A program made the translations under genes and the position numbers. The notes under the pieces were generated by a model, which was given only the letters and a program-made list of their open reading frames with translations, did no database searches and was not told the origin of the DNA. A DNA stretch of 50,678 nucleotides from Pirellulales bacterium (GTDB lineage: Bacteria > Planctomycetota > Planctomycetia > Pirellulales > UBA1268), in contig JALIAA010000284.1 of the NCBI GenBank assembly GCA_030577455.1, positions 1 to 50,678 of the forward strand. Reading direction: 5' to 3'. This document shows positions 27,370-37,423 of the stretch, in pieces; position 1 is the stretch's first letter, and each line of letters begins with the position of its first letter.

Positions 27370-29300
27370 CCCAGAACACCCTTGGTCTCGAGGAGCTCGA
27401 TGATTGCATCCACACATCGACTGACTGGAAGCTCGTCAGTAGGAAGTACAAGATCTGCTTCTAATGGAGTTTCATATGGTGCAGATACACCAGGGAAATT
27501 ACCCAGTTCACCTGCATCTGCTTTTGCATACTGTCCCTTCTCATCACGAGCCCGGCAGACTTCCACTGGTGCCGAGAGGTGGATCGTGAGAAATCGTTCT
27601 GCCCCAACAAGCTCGGCGGCTTTCTGTCTCGACTGCTCATCAGGTGCAACAAAAGCTGCAACGACGATGAAGCCGGCATCATTTGCAATCTTTGCTACTT
27701 CTACGGATCGTCGAAGGTTTTCACTTCTTTCGCTCGCAGAGAAGCCAAGATCCCGGCTTATGCCAAGTCGCATGGCTTGTCCATCGAGAACCATAATGGC
27801 ACGACCATCATCGAAGAGTTTCCGCTCAAGTGCCTGAGCGATTGTTGTCTTTCCGGAACCGGTGAGGCCCGTAATGAGAATCGTTACTGGATTTTGTCCA
27901 AAACGAGCCTGGCGTTCTTCAATTGTCACCTCACTGGAAGAGACCGTGAGCCCCTCAGTTGCTGGCTCATCGTCCCAGTGGGCAGCGCCTTCTTCTGGTT
28001 CTCGATCGAGGATCATACCTGCGCCGACAGTTCCGTTTGTCATTCGGTCAATAATGATAAAGGAGCCGGTTGTGCGATTGCGTCGATAGGAATCATGAGC
28101 TATCGGGACAGCAAGAGTCACCCCACAGCGACCAATCTCATTGAGTGCTAACGTTGGTGCAGGTTCGCGATGAAGTGTATTGATATCGACTCGATACTTG
28201 AGGGAACTTACTCGGCCAGGTGTAACTTTGCCGGTCTGTTTGAAAAGATATTCTTTTCCAGGAATGAGTGCTGTTTCATCCATCCAGACAAGCATCGCTT
28301 CAAATTTCTGATCAACCTTCGGCATATTCCCCACACGGACAATCATGTCACCACGACTGGAGTCAATTTCATCTTCAAGCGTGAGGGTTACTGACTGGGG
28401 AGCAAATGCCTCGTCACGTTCACCATCAAAAGTCACAATCGATTGGATGCGACTCTTCTTACGAGATGGCAAGGTAATGATTTCATCACCCTTTCGAATA
28501 ATTCCTGATGCAACAGTCCCAGCAAAACCACGAAAGTCAAGGTTTGGTCGTGTGACGTATTGCACGGGAAATCGAAAGTCCTCCATGTTACGGTCGGAAC
28601 CGATGTAGACCGTTTCGAGAAGGTGCATGAGTGGTGGACCCTCATGCCACGCCATTTTTTCACTGTTGGTCACGACATTGTCACCTTTGAGTGCTGAGAT
28701 TGGCATGAAGTGCACATCGGGTAATTCAAGTCTCGCAGCAAAGTCCACATAGTCTCGACGAATGGATTCAAATACTTCCTGACTGTAATCAACAATGTCC
28801 ATCTTGTTGATTGCCACAATGATATGTTTGATGCCAAGGAGTGACACGATAAAAGAGTGACGTTTGGTTTGTGGAAGAACTCCGTGTCGCGCATCAATTA
28901 AAATAATTGCAAGATCAGCAGTGGATGCTCCAGTGGCCATGTTTCGCGTGTACTGCTCATGGCCCGGCGTGTCAGCTATGATGAATTTTCGTTTTTCCGT
29001 TGAGAAATAACGGTATGCGACATCGATCGTGATTCCCTGTTGTCGCTCATCCTCAAGCCCATCAGTAAACAGGGCAAGGTCGACTTCTTCGCCCGTTGTT
29101 CCGTAACGCGTCGTATCCTTTTTTATAGCCGTAAGCTGATCTTCATAAATCATTTTCGACTCATAAAAGAGTCGACCGATGAGCGTGCTTTTACCGTCAT
29201 CTACGCTGCCACAGGTAATGAACCGAAGAAGTTCTTTCTGCTCATGTTGCGTGAGGTACTCATCGATGTCAGTTGCAATTAGCGATGATTGGTGAGACAT
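27366..29300 (-). CDS. cysN: Sulfate adenylyltransferase large subunit fused to an APS-kinase-like domain (CysN/CysC)
   Basis: [45 protein letters not shown]; C-terminal GLTGSGKTT domain; 644 aa. Confidence 0.97.
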   Translation of the reverse strand: MSHQSSLIATDIDEYLTQHEQKELLRFITCGSVDDGKSTLIGRLFYESKMIYEDQLTAIKKDTTRYGTTGEEVDLALFTDGLEDERQQGITIDVAYRYFSTEKRKFIIADTPGHEQYTRNMATGASTADLAIILIDARHGVLPQTKRHSFIVSLLGIKHIIVAINKMDIVDYSQEVFESIRRDYVDFAARLELPDVHFMPISALKGDNVVTNSEKMAWHEGPPLMHLLETVYIGSDRNMEDFRFPVQYVTRPNLDFRGFAGTVASGIIRKGDEIITLPSRKKSRIQSIVTFDGERDEAFAPQSVTLTLEDEIDSSRGDMIVRVGNMPKVDQKFEAMLVWMDETALIPGKEYLFKQTGKVTPGRVSSLKYRVDINTLHREPAPTLALNEIGRCGVTLAVPIAHDSYRRNRTTGSFIIIDRMTNGTVGAGMILDREPEEGAAHWDDEPATEGLTVSSSEVTIEERQARFGQNPVTILITGLTGSGKTTIAQALERKLFDDGRAIMVLDGQAMRLGISRDLGFSASERSENLRRSVEVAKIANDAGFIVVAAFVAPDEQSRQKAAELVGAERFLTIHLSAPVEVCRARDEKGQYAKADAGELGNFPGVSAPYETPLEADLVLPTDELPVSRCVDAIIELLETKGVLG

Positions 29301-29303
29301 AGA

Positions 29304-30215
29304 CTAAAAGTATCCCTCTCTCTTTTTCTTCTCCATTGAGCCGGCTTCATCACTATCGATAAGCCTGCCTTGTCGCTCTGAGAATGTGGTCAGTAGCATC
29401 TCCTGAATTATCTCAGGAAGCGTTGTAGCTGTTGAGTCGACGGCACCAGACAGTGGGTAGCAGCCAAGGGTACGAAAGCGAACTCTTCGTAGTTCCGGTT
29501 TTTCATTTGGTTCCAATTGCATTCGCTCGTCATCGACCATGATCATGACACCGTCTCGCCAGACAATTGGTCGTTCTTTTGCAAAATAAAGTGGTACTAT
29601 CGGTATCTGCTCAAGATGGATGTATTGCCATACATCGAGTTCGGTCCAGTTTGAAATTGGGAAGACCCGAATGCTTTCGTTTTTCTTTACCTTGGTGTTG
29701 TAAAGATTCCATAGTTCAGGCCGTTGGTTTTTGGGGTCCCAGCGATGAAAATCATCGCGAAAAGAAAAGACTCTTTCTTTGGCACGGCTCTTTTCTTCAT
29801 CACGTCGAGCTCCACCAAAGGCTGCATCAAAACGATAGGTATCCAGTGCCTGTCGTAAAGCCTGCGTCTTCATGATGTCAGTGTGGACTTTACTGCCGTG
29901 AGTAAAAGGATTGACTCCCTGCGCCCGACCTTCTTCATTGACATGAACAATGAGTTTGAATCCTAATTCTTTTGCAATGTAATTATCCCGTAACTGATAC
30001 ATCTCCTGGAACTTCCAGGTGGTGTCGACATGCATAAGCGGAAATGGTGGCTTGGCTGGATAGAACGCCTTCTCAGCCAGTCGAACCATAACGGCTGAAT
30101 CTTTGCCGATTGAGTAGAGCATGACAGGGTTGTCAAACTCGGCAGCGACTTCACGAATGATATGAATGCTTTCAGCTTCAAGCTGTCGCAAATGGGTGAG
30201 CGAGTAGGCGGTCAT
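29304..30215 (-). CDS. cysD: Sulfate adenylyltransferase small subunit
   Basis: YSIGKDS PP-loop, [33 protein letters not shown]. Confidence 0.98.
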   Translation of the reverse strand: MTAYSLTHLRQLEAESIHIIREVAAEFDNPVMLYSIGKDSAVMVRLAEKAFYPAKPPFPLMHVDTTWKFQEMYQLRDNYIAKELGFKLIVHVNEEGRAQGVNPFTHGSKVHTDIMKTQALRQALDTYRFDAAFGGARRDEEKSRAKERVFSFRDDFHRWDPKNQRPELWNLYNTKVKKNESIRVFPISNWTELDVWQYIHLEQIPIVPLYFAKERPIVWRDGVMIMVDDERMQLEPNEKPELRRVRFRTLGCYPLSGAVDSTATTLPEIIQEMLLTTFSERQGRLIDSDEAGSMEKKKREGYF

Positions 30216-30444
30216 CGGGTCTCACGTTTAGGAAAACAAAGAATTTCCCGTACTGTAGGGTAAATTACAGAAATGAAGCAATTCCTCCTCAGCCCACAGT
30301 TTCAGGTTTCTTGTGGTATTTTTCCGGCATGCTTTTTGGAGATCGTGAACATAGGTAATTTAGTGGAGTATTCAACACCATCGTTTGGAGGCTCTTCTTA
30401 TGAACACACAGACACCAAGCCAATTTTTTCAGCGTGAGGGATTT

Positions 30445-31959
30445 ATGCGTGCCATTCTCTTTGCACTTCTTTCAACCATTGTTTGTGTGCAATTCAGCCA
30501 GGCAGCCGAACGAAATATCATCGTCTTTGTGACAGATGATGAATCACCAACGTTGGGTTGTTACGGTGACCACGTGGCTGTGACCCCGGCTATTGATGCC
30601 ATGGCAGCAGATGGGATTGTGTTTGACAACGCATTCGCAACGACAGCCAGTTGTTCAGCAAGCCGATCAGTAATCCTGTCTGGATTACATAATCACACCA
30701 ACGGTCAGTATGGGCACCAGCATGCCTTTCATAAGTTTGCAAGCTGGTATGACGTGGTTAGCCTGTCACTTCCTCGAGCATTAGCCCGAGCTGACTACCG
30801 AACAGCTCGTATTGGGAAGTACCACGTGGCGCCGGAGGAGGTGTATCATTTCGAAACCGTCCTTGATGGAAATCCACGTAATGCAGTTCAGATGGCAGAT
30901 GCTTCTGCCGAAGTTATCAAGTCAAAAAGCGACAAGCCTTTTTTTCTCTACTTTGCTACGAGTGATCCCCATCGTGGAGGTGGGCGCGATGAAGACTCTT
31001 CATTGGAACTGAAACCAGATCTTTTTGGAAACATAAAAAACCGAGGAAGCCATAAAGGAATCAAGGAAGTTTTTTTTGAATCTGAGGATATGCAGATTCC
31101 AGCTTTCTTGCCCGACACGGCAGAAACTCGCAGCGAGCTTGCTCAGTACTATCAGTCGTGTGCTCGCATTGATCAGGGGCTTGCACGACTCATTGAGATT
31201 TTGAAAGAAGCCAATCTTTTTGACAAAACACTCATACTTTTTACCAGTGACCATGGCATGGCCTTCTCTGGTGGCAAAACAACAGTATACGAACCGGGCC
31301 TTCGTGTTCCTTTTGTCGTTCGTGATCCGTATTCAAAACATCGAGGAGTACGAACTCAGAGTATTGTCAATCACACAGACATCGCGCCGTCATTACTTGA
31401 TTTCGCCGGCGAGCTTGACCATCAAAAGCAGCGTCCAAAGCATTGGGTGGCACCAAACCAATACTGGAAAGATAAGCCGTACGCGACGAATGAAAATCAT
31501 GGCCCTCGAAAAGGCATTGAATCGTATCACGGACGATCCTGGATCCCAGTTCTGTCTGACACGGATATCGAAATTCACGATGCTCATTTTGCATCACATA
31601 CGTTCCATGAAATTCAGATGTATTATCCCATGAGAGCCATACGGGATCATGACTGGAAACTCATCTGGAATATTGCACATCCACTCCCCTACCCTTTTGC
31701 TTCCGATCTCTGGGCAGCCAGTAGCTGGCAGTCTCAGTATCGGCGGAGTCTTGATGCTCCCTACGGAACGAAAACCGTCCAAGAATATATTCATCGTCCA
31801 AGGTTTGAGCTGTATCACATTGCCGAAGATCCAGAGGAGACCGTGAATCTTGCTGATGATCCAAATCAGGCAGCAGTGCTTCTCAGATACAAAGAAAAGC
31901 TCAAATCAATGCAACGGCAATTTGCAGATCCTTGGATAACCAAGTGGGATTACGAGTAG
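30445..31959 (+). CDS. Secreted formylglycine-type sulfatase (sulfamidase-like), CxAxR signature
   Basis: Signal peptide, FVTDD, CSASRSVILSG, IGKYH, DPHR, TSDHG, FELY; ATG 30445 after GAGGGG (ORF track starts at 30385). Confidence 0.93.
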   Translation: MRAILFALLSTIVCVQFSQAAERNIIVFVTDDESPTLGCYGDHVAVTPAIDAMAADGIVFDNAFATTASCSASRSVILSGLHNHTNGQYGHQHAFHKFASWYDVVSLSLPRALARADYRTARIGKYHVAPEEVYHFETVLDGNPRNAVQMADASAEVIKSKSDKPFFLYFATSDPHRGGGRDEDSSLELKPDLFGNIKNRGSHKGIKEVFFESEDMQIPAFLPDTAETRSELAQYYQSCARIDQGLARLIEILKEANLFDKTLILFTSDHGMAFSGGKTTVYEPGLRVPFVVRDPYSKHRGVRTQSIVNHTDIAPSLLDFAGELDHQKQRPKHWVAPNQYWKDKPYATNENHGPRKGIESYHGRSWIPVLSDTDIEIHDAHFASHTFHEIQMYYPMRAIRDHDWKLIWNIAHPLPYPFASDLWAASSWQSQYRRSLDAPYGTKTVQEYIHRPRFELYHIAEDPEETVNLADDPNQAAVLLRYKEKLKSMQRQFADPWITKWDYE

Positions 31960-31962
31960 TCG

Positions 31963-33132
31963 TTATCTTCTCCACAGAAGTTGCAGGGAGAGGCCAAGGC
32001 CGGGGTCAAACTCGATGACATCAGTACGTCCAGAAGTGAAGCTCGTCCCTTGAAAAAGTTCACGGTCAAAGAGGTAGGAGGCGAGAAACTCAAGGCTGAA
32101 GCCAGCTCCAATTTGTTGATCGAGGCCAATGCCAGCACGCTGGTCGAACACATAGAAACGTTCTTTTTCAATCACACGATCAGCCAAAAAATAAATCTGC
32201 GTATCAGTGCGATAGCCACCAAACAACCATAGTTTTTCAGCTAAACGTCGACGCACCATGGCATTTACATTCACGAGTGGAAAGTAGTTGAATGTAACCT
32301 CCCAATCATCATTTGGGCGCCATTCAATTCCAGCAGGCAAACCAATTTTTGCCTCAAGTGTCTCATCGGGCTTCCATACGTAAGCGATTCCTGGAAGAGG
32401 GTAAGGTAACTGAGATGTTGGTGAATAGAAGAGACTAAAGCTCCAGTCGTCACGCTGGTTTCGTGCTGGTACGGTTGCAAAGAGAATTGACATGAGTGTC
32501 AGATCGCGACCAGCATGAAAAGGTTTGTCACTCGCTGAACCAAAGAGGAACGTACCACCAACGGTGCTGCCAGAGGCAAGAGGACGAATATGAGTGACCC
32601 CAGTTTCAACCAGCCAGAATTGACTTGGCACGGGTTCGGCTGAATCAGGCAGGATTGCATTTGTTGCCAGCTCGAGTCGTCCAAACTTGGCAATTGCCAA
32701 CCAAAGAGGTTTTCCTTCTTCCGGAATACCAAGAGGCATAGCCACTCGGGCAAACTGTGCATTCATTTGCAGGTTTGCTGGTTGATTGACGACCGGTGTG
32801 TTTGGGGCCCAAAAACCACCCATGCTCAAAGGAGCGCCCCGACCAAAGCTAGGCTTCTTCCGTCGACTGGACCCAGGCTCAATCGGGTCCAGATCAGCAA
32901 TCGGTTCGCTGGCGAATGTATCCTGCTCAAGATTAAAGTCGACCGGTGGGAGGAGATCAATGCGTTGACTGGCATTCCGATACGGCGTCCATTGATTTGC
33001 CGTATTGTTCAAAGGCGTTTCATATGGTGCTGAATCAACAGGTTGCACCCAAACAACTTCTTGTGCCGAAATCGTGCTCGCCATGAGGCAGCACCAGAAC
33101 GAGAACTGAAGATGCAGATGATGGGGTGACAC
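31963..33132 (-). CDS. Putative outer-membrane beta-barrel protein (DUF6268-like)
   Basis: Signal peptide, FGSASDKPF, PLPGIAYVW, amphipathic aromatic-rich strands to the C-terminus. Family name is recalled, not searched. Confidence 0.6.
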   Translation of the reverse strand: MSPHHLHLQFSFWCCLMASTISAQEVVWVQPVDSAPYETPLNNTANQWTPYRNASQRIDLLPPVDFNLEQDTFASEPIADLDPIEPGSSRRKKPSFGRGAPLSMGGFWAPNTPVVNQPANLQMNAQFARVAMPLGIPEEGKPLWLAIAKFGRLELATNAILPDSAEPVPSQFWLVETGVTHIRPLASGSTVGGTFLFGSASDKPFHAGRDLTLMSILFATVPARNQRDDWSFSLFYSPTSQLPYPLPGIAYVWKPDETLEAKIGLPAGIEWRPNDDWEVTFNYFPLVNVNAMVRRRLAEKLWLFGGYRTDTQIYFLADRVIEKERFYVFDQRAGIGLDQQIGAGFSLEFLASYLFDRELFQGTSFTSGRTDVIEFDPGLGLSLQLLWRR

Positions 33133-33363
33133 GGTGAAACCACAGGTGGGTCATGGAATGTGAGTGAGACCTTAGCGAGCCTGTCAATGGCGTGCAATTC
33201 CGGAACATCTGCAAAGAAAGTACGTGCTTGCGGCCGCAATCGAGAATTTGAGCCTTTGGAACATCACCCTGTTGCGTTCTCGTATACATTGTTTTCAGTA
33301 ACACGATGCGGAAGTAGCAGTAGAGTCTTGTAGAAAAAGTATTCAGAGTTTGGAGTTGGAAGC

Positions 33364-34458
33364 ATGTCAAAAATTTTTGATCTCGATGAATTTGTTCAGA
33401 AGGCAATTCATCACCGTGCCTCTGATATACATTTTCAGACTGGTGATGAACCCCAATTTCGAATTGATGGTGCTATTCGACAGATTAACTTGCCAAAGGT
33501 TTCATCCCAGCAGATTGAAGATCTAAAGAGTCTCCTGCTCGATGATCGTTCCTCGAGACAACTCGATGAGCATGGGGCTGTTGATCGTGGCTACCAGGTA
33601 AAAGGAATTGGGACCACAAAAGCCTGCCGTCTTCGCGCAAGTTTTGCGAAGTGTCTTGAAGGTTTTAAGGTGGTCTGTCGAATTGTTCCTGAGGATATTC
33701 CAACAATCAAAGGATTTGGAATGCCTGAGATTTTCGAAAAAATCGCTCTCGAGAATACTGGTATGGTTATCGTTTCAGGTGTGACTGGTAGCGGGAAGTC
33801 GACAACCATTGCTGCAATGATTGATTACATCAATCAGAATCAACAAAAGCATATTCTGACACTCGAAGATCCGATTGAGTTTGTCCACACACCACACCGC
33901 TCAGTTTTTACACACCGTGAAAAAAATGCTCATTTCGACACGTTCTCAGATGGCTTGCGGACGGCACTACGGCAAGACCCCGATGTAATTCTTGTTGGAG
34001 AAATGCGAGACAAAGAAACGATCCAGGCGGCTATGCAGGCTGCCGAAACTGGGCACCTCGTATTTGCAACGGTGCACTCGGCTAGTGTCGCAGATATTCC
34101 AGAGCGAATCATTTCCACGTTTCCAGAAGACGAGCAGGATCAAGTTCGTTCACAAATTGCAAATGTCTCAAATAGCTTTATCGCGCAGTCTCTTGTCGGT
34201 AAAAAAAATCAAGGCAGTGCTGCAGCATTTGAAATACTGCGATTGAATAATGCTGCTCGTAATCTAATTCGCGAACATAAAAGCTTTCAGTTGGACTCAA
34301 TCATGCAAACTCAGCGGCGAGAAGGCATGGTGACTCTTACCCAGTCTTTTATCGACCTTTATGCAAAAGAAGTCATTTCTGCTGACGTGTTACGAGCCCA
34401 TGCGCCAGATGTATTACGCGCGGAAACATTTATAAAAGAAAATCCACAGCAAGCGTAG
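33364..34458 (+). CDS. pilT: PilT/PilU-family type IV pilus retraction ATPase
   Basis: ASDIH, GVTGSGKSTT (Walker A), TLEDPIEF, ALRQDPDVILVGEMRD (Walker B), AETGHLVFATVH, AARNLIRE. Confidence 0.93.
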   Translation: MSKIFDLDEFVQKAIHHRASDIHFQTGDEPQFRIDGAIRQINLPKVSSQQIEDLKSLLLDDRSSRQLDEHGAVDRGYQVKGIGTTKACRLRASFAKCLEGFKVVCRIVPEDIPTIKGFGMPEIFEKIALENTGMVIVSGVTGSGKSTTIAAMIDYINQNQQKHILTLEDPIEFVHTPHRSVFTHREKNAHFDTFSDGLRTALRQDPDVILVGEMRDKETIQAAMQAAETGHLVFATVHSASVADIPERIISTFPEDEQDQVRSQIANVSNSFIAQSLVGKKNQGSAAAFEILRLNNAARNLIREHKSFQLDSIMQTQRREGMVTLTQSFIDLYAKEVISADVLRAHAPDVLRAETFIKENPQQA

Positions 34459-34512
34459 AAGGTCGATGTGCCGTCACAGATTTACACAACAGCTCAGGAA
34501 GGAAGTGGTCAT

Positions 34513-35154
34513 ATGAAGAATCATAAAAGACGCCAATTCATAGCGAGTGGTTTTTTTGGTGGATTCACCAGTTGGTTGTATCCATCTCATGCAGTGGCAG
34601 AGGATCGAACGACTCCTCATGAAATTGAAGGACCTTTTTATCCAGTCATGCCACAAAAAGACAAAGATTTTGACCTGACTCACGTCACGGGACGTCGAGG
34701 TCCTGCGAAAGGAAAAGATATATGGATTACGGGAGAGGTTTATGATTCCGCAGGGAATCCAGTGGAAGATGCAATGGTTGAAATCTGGCAGGCAAATGCC
34801 GAAGGTCGTTACAACCACCCGCATGATCCAAACCCTGCTCCACGTGATCAGAATTTTCAAGGATGGGCTATCGTGCCGAGTGGCACGGCAGGTGGTTTTC
34901 GTTTCCACACGGTCATGCCTGGTAGCTATCCTGCCGGTCCTGGCTGGGAACGCCCGCCTCATATCCATTTCAAGGTGATGAAGCGAGGCTTTGTTGAACT
35001 GATAACACAGATGTATTTCCCGGGTCACCCGCTCAATGAAACAGATCGACTGCTTCAGCGTAAAACAGATGCAGAACAGAAATTGATGATTGCAGAAGTC
35101 CTCCGAGAGCGGGACAGTGACTTTCACTATCGCATTGTTCTTGAAAGGGCATAG
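34513..35154 (+). CDS. Intradiol ring-cleavage dioxygenase (PcaH-like) with twin-arginine signal
   Basis: KRRQFI...AVA Tat signal; EGPFYP, VEIWQANAEGRY, PGSY, RPPHIHF (Tyr/Tyr/His/His Fe ligands), LITQMYF. Confidence 0.88.
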   Translation: MKNHKRRQFIASGFFGGFTSWLYPSHAVAEDRTTPHEIEGPFYPVMPQKDKDFDLTHVTGRRGPAKGKDIWITGEVYDSAGNPVEDAMVEIWQANAEGRYNHPHDPNPAPRDQNFQGWAIVPSGTAGGFRFHTVMPGSYPAGPGWERPPHIHFKVMKRGFVELITQMYFPGHPLNETDRLLQRKTDAEQKLMIAEVLRERDSDFHYRIVLERA

Positions 35155-35174
35155 ACAGACGCGTCAAAGTATCC

Positions 35175-35657
35175 ATGTGGTATCAAGTGGCTCCTATGTC
35201 GCGGGAATCATCATGCAAAAAAGAGACGTTGGAGAATGATGGTATGGGAATCCAGAATGGAGTGATCGGTTTCGGTGTGATGATTTCCTTGCTGGTTCTT
35301 GCATCCGGAGACAAGCAGGTCCAGCCTCTCGAAGTGAAAGGTCCACTTGCAATAAAAATACGTGGGAATGTGCTCGTCCCATATTCAGCAGACTCTAAGG
35401 AGGAGGTTGCGAAACTGCTGGGCCCGCAACAAGCAGAAAGTGTTGAAAAGCAAATCAGCTTTGAGACGCACAGAGTCCTCCTGTTTCAGTGGGCAGGATC
35501 AGGGCAAGATGTATTAGTCAGTACCATCCATGATGGAGTGGTGACCTTTCAATACACGCGTGGCAGAACACGTGATCTTCGTCAGCACTTCCAAGCCTTT
35601 GCCGTAGACAAGCAAATAGTTTGGGAAGTAACAGAGTCAGACAAGACTGGAAAATAG
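35175..35657 (+). CDS. Hypothetical exported protein
   Basis: Hydrophobic N-terminal segment and globular LLFQWAGSGQD...YTRGRTRDLRQH region; same strand and tightly spaced after the dioxygenase. Start uncertain. Confidence 0.65.
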   Translation: MWYQVAPMSRESSCKKETLENDGMGIQNGVIGFGVMISLLVLASGDKQVQPLEVKGPLAIKIRGNVLVPYSADSKEEVAKLLGPQQAESVEKQISFETHRVLLFQWAGSGQDVLVSTIHDGVVTFQYTRGRTRDLRQHFQAFAVDKQIVWEVTESDKTGK

Positions 35658-35678
35658 TCCAGTGGGATAAAAGCCGAC

Positions 35679-37229
35679 TTAGGAAGTTCTCAACGTTTCC
35701 GCCTGACGCCGAATCTTTTTGAGTTCACCTGGGTCCTTGCGTCCAAGATTCCGCAACTGCATTGACATCCGCGGATTCTTTTTCAAGAGCTTCTCGTGTC
35801 GAGCAAGAAAATCCCAGTAAAGTGTTGTGAAGGGACAGGCGTCAGGGCCATGGGCGACTTTTGGTTTATACCGGCATGTCTTACATGCATTACTCATCCG
35901 ATCAATATAAGCCCCTGTTGCACAGTAAGGTTTTGATGCCATAACACCACCGTCAGCAAACTGACTCATACCAATCGTATTTGGTAGCTCCACCCATTCG
36001 ACCGCATCAACATAGACAGCGAGATACCATTTATGGATGTCTTCTGGTTTGACGCCATACATCATTGCAAATAGACCGGTGACCATGAGACGTTGAATGT
36101 GATGTGCGTATCCATATTCGAGCGTTTGCCCAAGTGCATCTTTCAAACAATTCATGTCTGTCTCACCGGTCCAATAAAAGCCTGGCAATGGCTGATCTGC
36201 TCCGAGTGCATTTCGTTGTGCATATTCCGGCATGAATCGCCAATAGATCCCACGAACATATTCTCGCCAGCCGAGAATCTGTCGTATGAATCCCTCGGTG
36301 GCTGCCAAAGGAGCAGACCCTTCGCGGTATGCATTTTCAGCAGCAGCAATAACATCACGGGGGTCAAGAAGTTTCAGGTTCAGAGCGACTGAGAGACGCG
36401 AGTGATAGAGCCATGGTTCACCCGTCCATATTGCATCTTGATAGACTCCAAAATTTGACAATCGATAGGTGATAAAATCTCGAAGTGCGGCACGTGCATC
36501 TTTTTTTGTGACAGGCCAATCAAATTGTTCAAGTGAACCGGGATGTTTTTGAAATCGCTTTGATACAAGATCGATAACTGTACGTGTTAACGCATCTGGT
36601 TTGAATCGTTTTGGTGATCGTAGTTTTTCTGGTCCAGATTTCCCAAAACTTCCACGATTATCTGCGTCGTAATTCCACTGTCCACCTGCAGGTTCACCGT
36701 TATCCATTAAAACGTTGAAGCGCTCACGCAGTGGACGATAAAAAAATTCGAGCCGTAGCTGCTTTCGCCCTGCGGCATGTTCAGAAAAATCATCAACTGT
36801 GGTAAAGAAGTGACGATCAGGACGTATCTCTAATGGGATGCCAGCATTTTTTGCAGCCTCTTCCAATGCCGCTCGAACTCGCCACTCACCCGGCTCGACA
36901 CAAATTAAGCGTTCTGGTTTTGTTCCTTTTTTTTTGAATTGACTCAGGCTCGCTTTGAGTGCCGCAGCAAGCGACATCGGTTCTTGAGACTTCTTTTTTT
37001 CACCTATTTCCCGGTAATCGACCGTGAATCCATCGTCTATCAGGTGGTCCCGGAAATGCCTCATTGCAGAAAGGAAAAGAACAATCCGAGCTTTATGTGT
37101 CCAGACATGCGTCGATTCTTCAGCCACTTCCGCCATCCAAATGACGTCTTTACTCGTATCAAAGTCATCAAACACGGCACTTGATTGATCGAGCTGATCA
37201 CCAAGAACAAGAACAAGATTTCGACACAT
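35679..37229 (-). CDS. Fe-S bacterial cryptochrome/photolyase (FeS-BCP; PhrB/CryB-like)
   Basis: LVLGDQL, LFLSAMRHF, GGQWNYDADNR, EGFIRQILGWREY, YAHHIQRLM, DAVEWVELPN; four cluster Cys in MNCL, NACKTC and ACPF. Confidence 0.95.
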   Translation of the reverse strand: MCRNLVLVLGDQLDQSSAVFDDFDTSKDVIWMAEVAEESTHVWTHKARIVLFLSAMRHFRDHLIDDGFTVDYREIGEKKKSQEPMSLAAALKASLSQFKKKGTKPERLICVEPGEWRVRAALEEAAKNAGIPLEIRPDRHFFTTVDDFSEHAAGRKQLRLEFFYRPLRERFNVLMDNGEPAGGQWNYDADNRGSFGKSGPEKLRSPKRFKPDALTRTVIDLVSKRFQKHPGSLEQFDWPVTKKDARAALRDFITYRLSNFGVYQDAIWTGEPWLYHSRLSVALNLKLLDPRDVIAAAENAYREGSAPLAATEGFIRQILGWREYVRGIYWRFMPEYAQRNALGADQPLPGFYWTGETDMNCLKDALGQTLEYGYAHHIQRLMVTGLFAMMYGVKPEDIHKWYLAVYVDAVEWVELPNTIGMSQFADGGVMASKPYCATGAYIDRMSNACKTCRYKPKVAHGPDACPFTTLYWDFLARHEKLLKKNPRMSMQLRNLGRKDPGELKKIRRQAETLRTS

Positions 37230-37423
37230 GGCGTGGTGACCTTTGGAAGAGAGAAAACGTCGAGTAAAAGTGCTTGAGAGAAGCAGTTTCTAACAAATTA
37301 ACGCCTCTTTTTACGCATTTTCCAAAACATCGGTTAGTAATTCGTGGATTGTGCGGTTTTAAACGATAGCAGGTTTCGTAATGCCGACAGTCCCGCCTGG
37401 GACTTGTGAGAAAGGAACTAACT

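Noticed and set aside
30325-30340. CGGCATGCTTTTTGGA sigma54-like motif before the sulfatase
   Set aside because: The -12 dinucleotide is GG rather than the near-invariant GC.
34474-35127. 217-aa ORF antisense to the dioxygenase
   Set aside because: Shadow of a gene with complete catalytic motifs.
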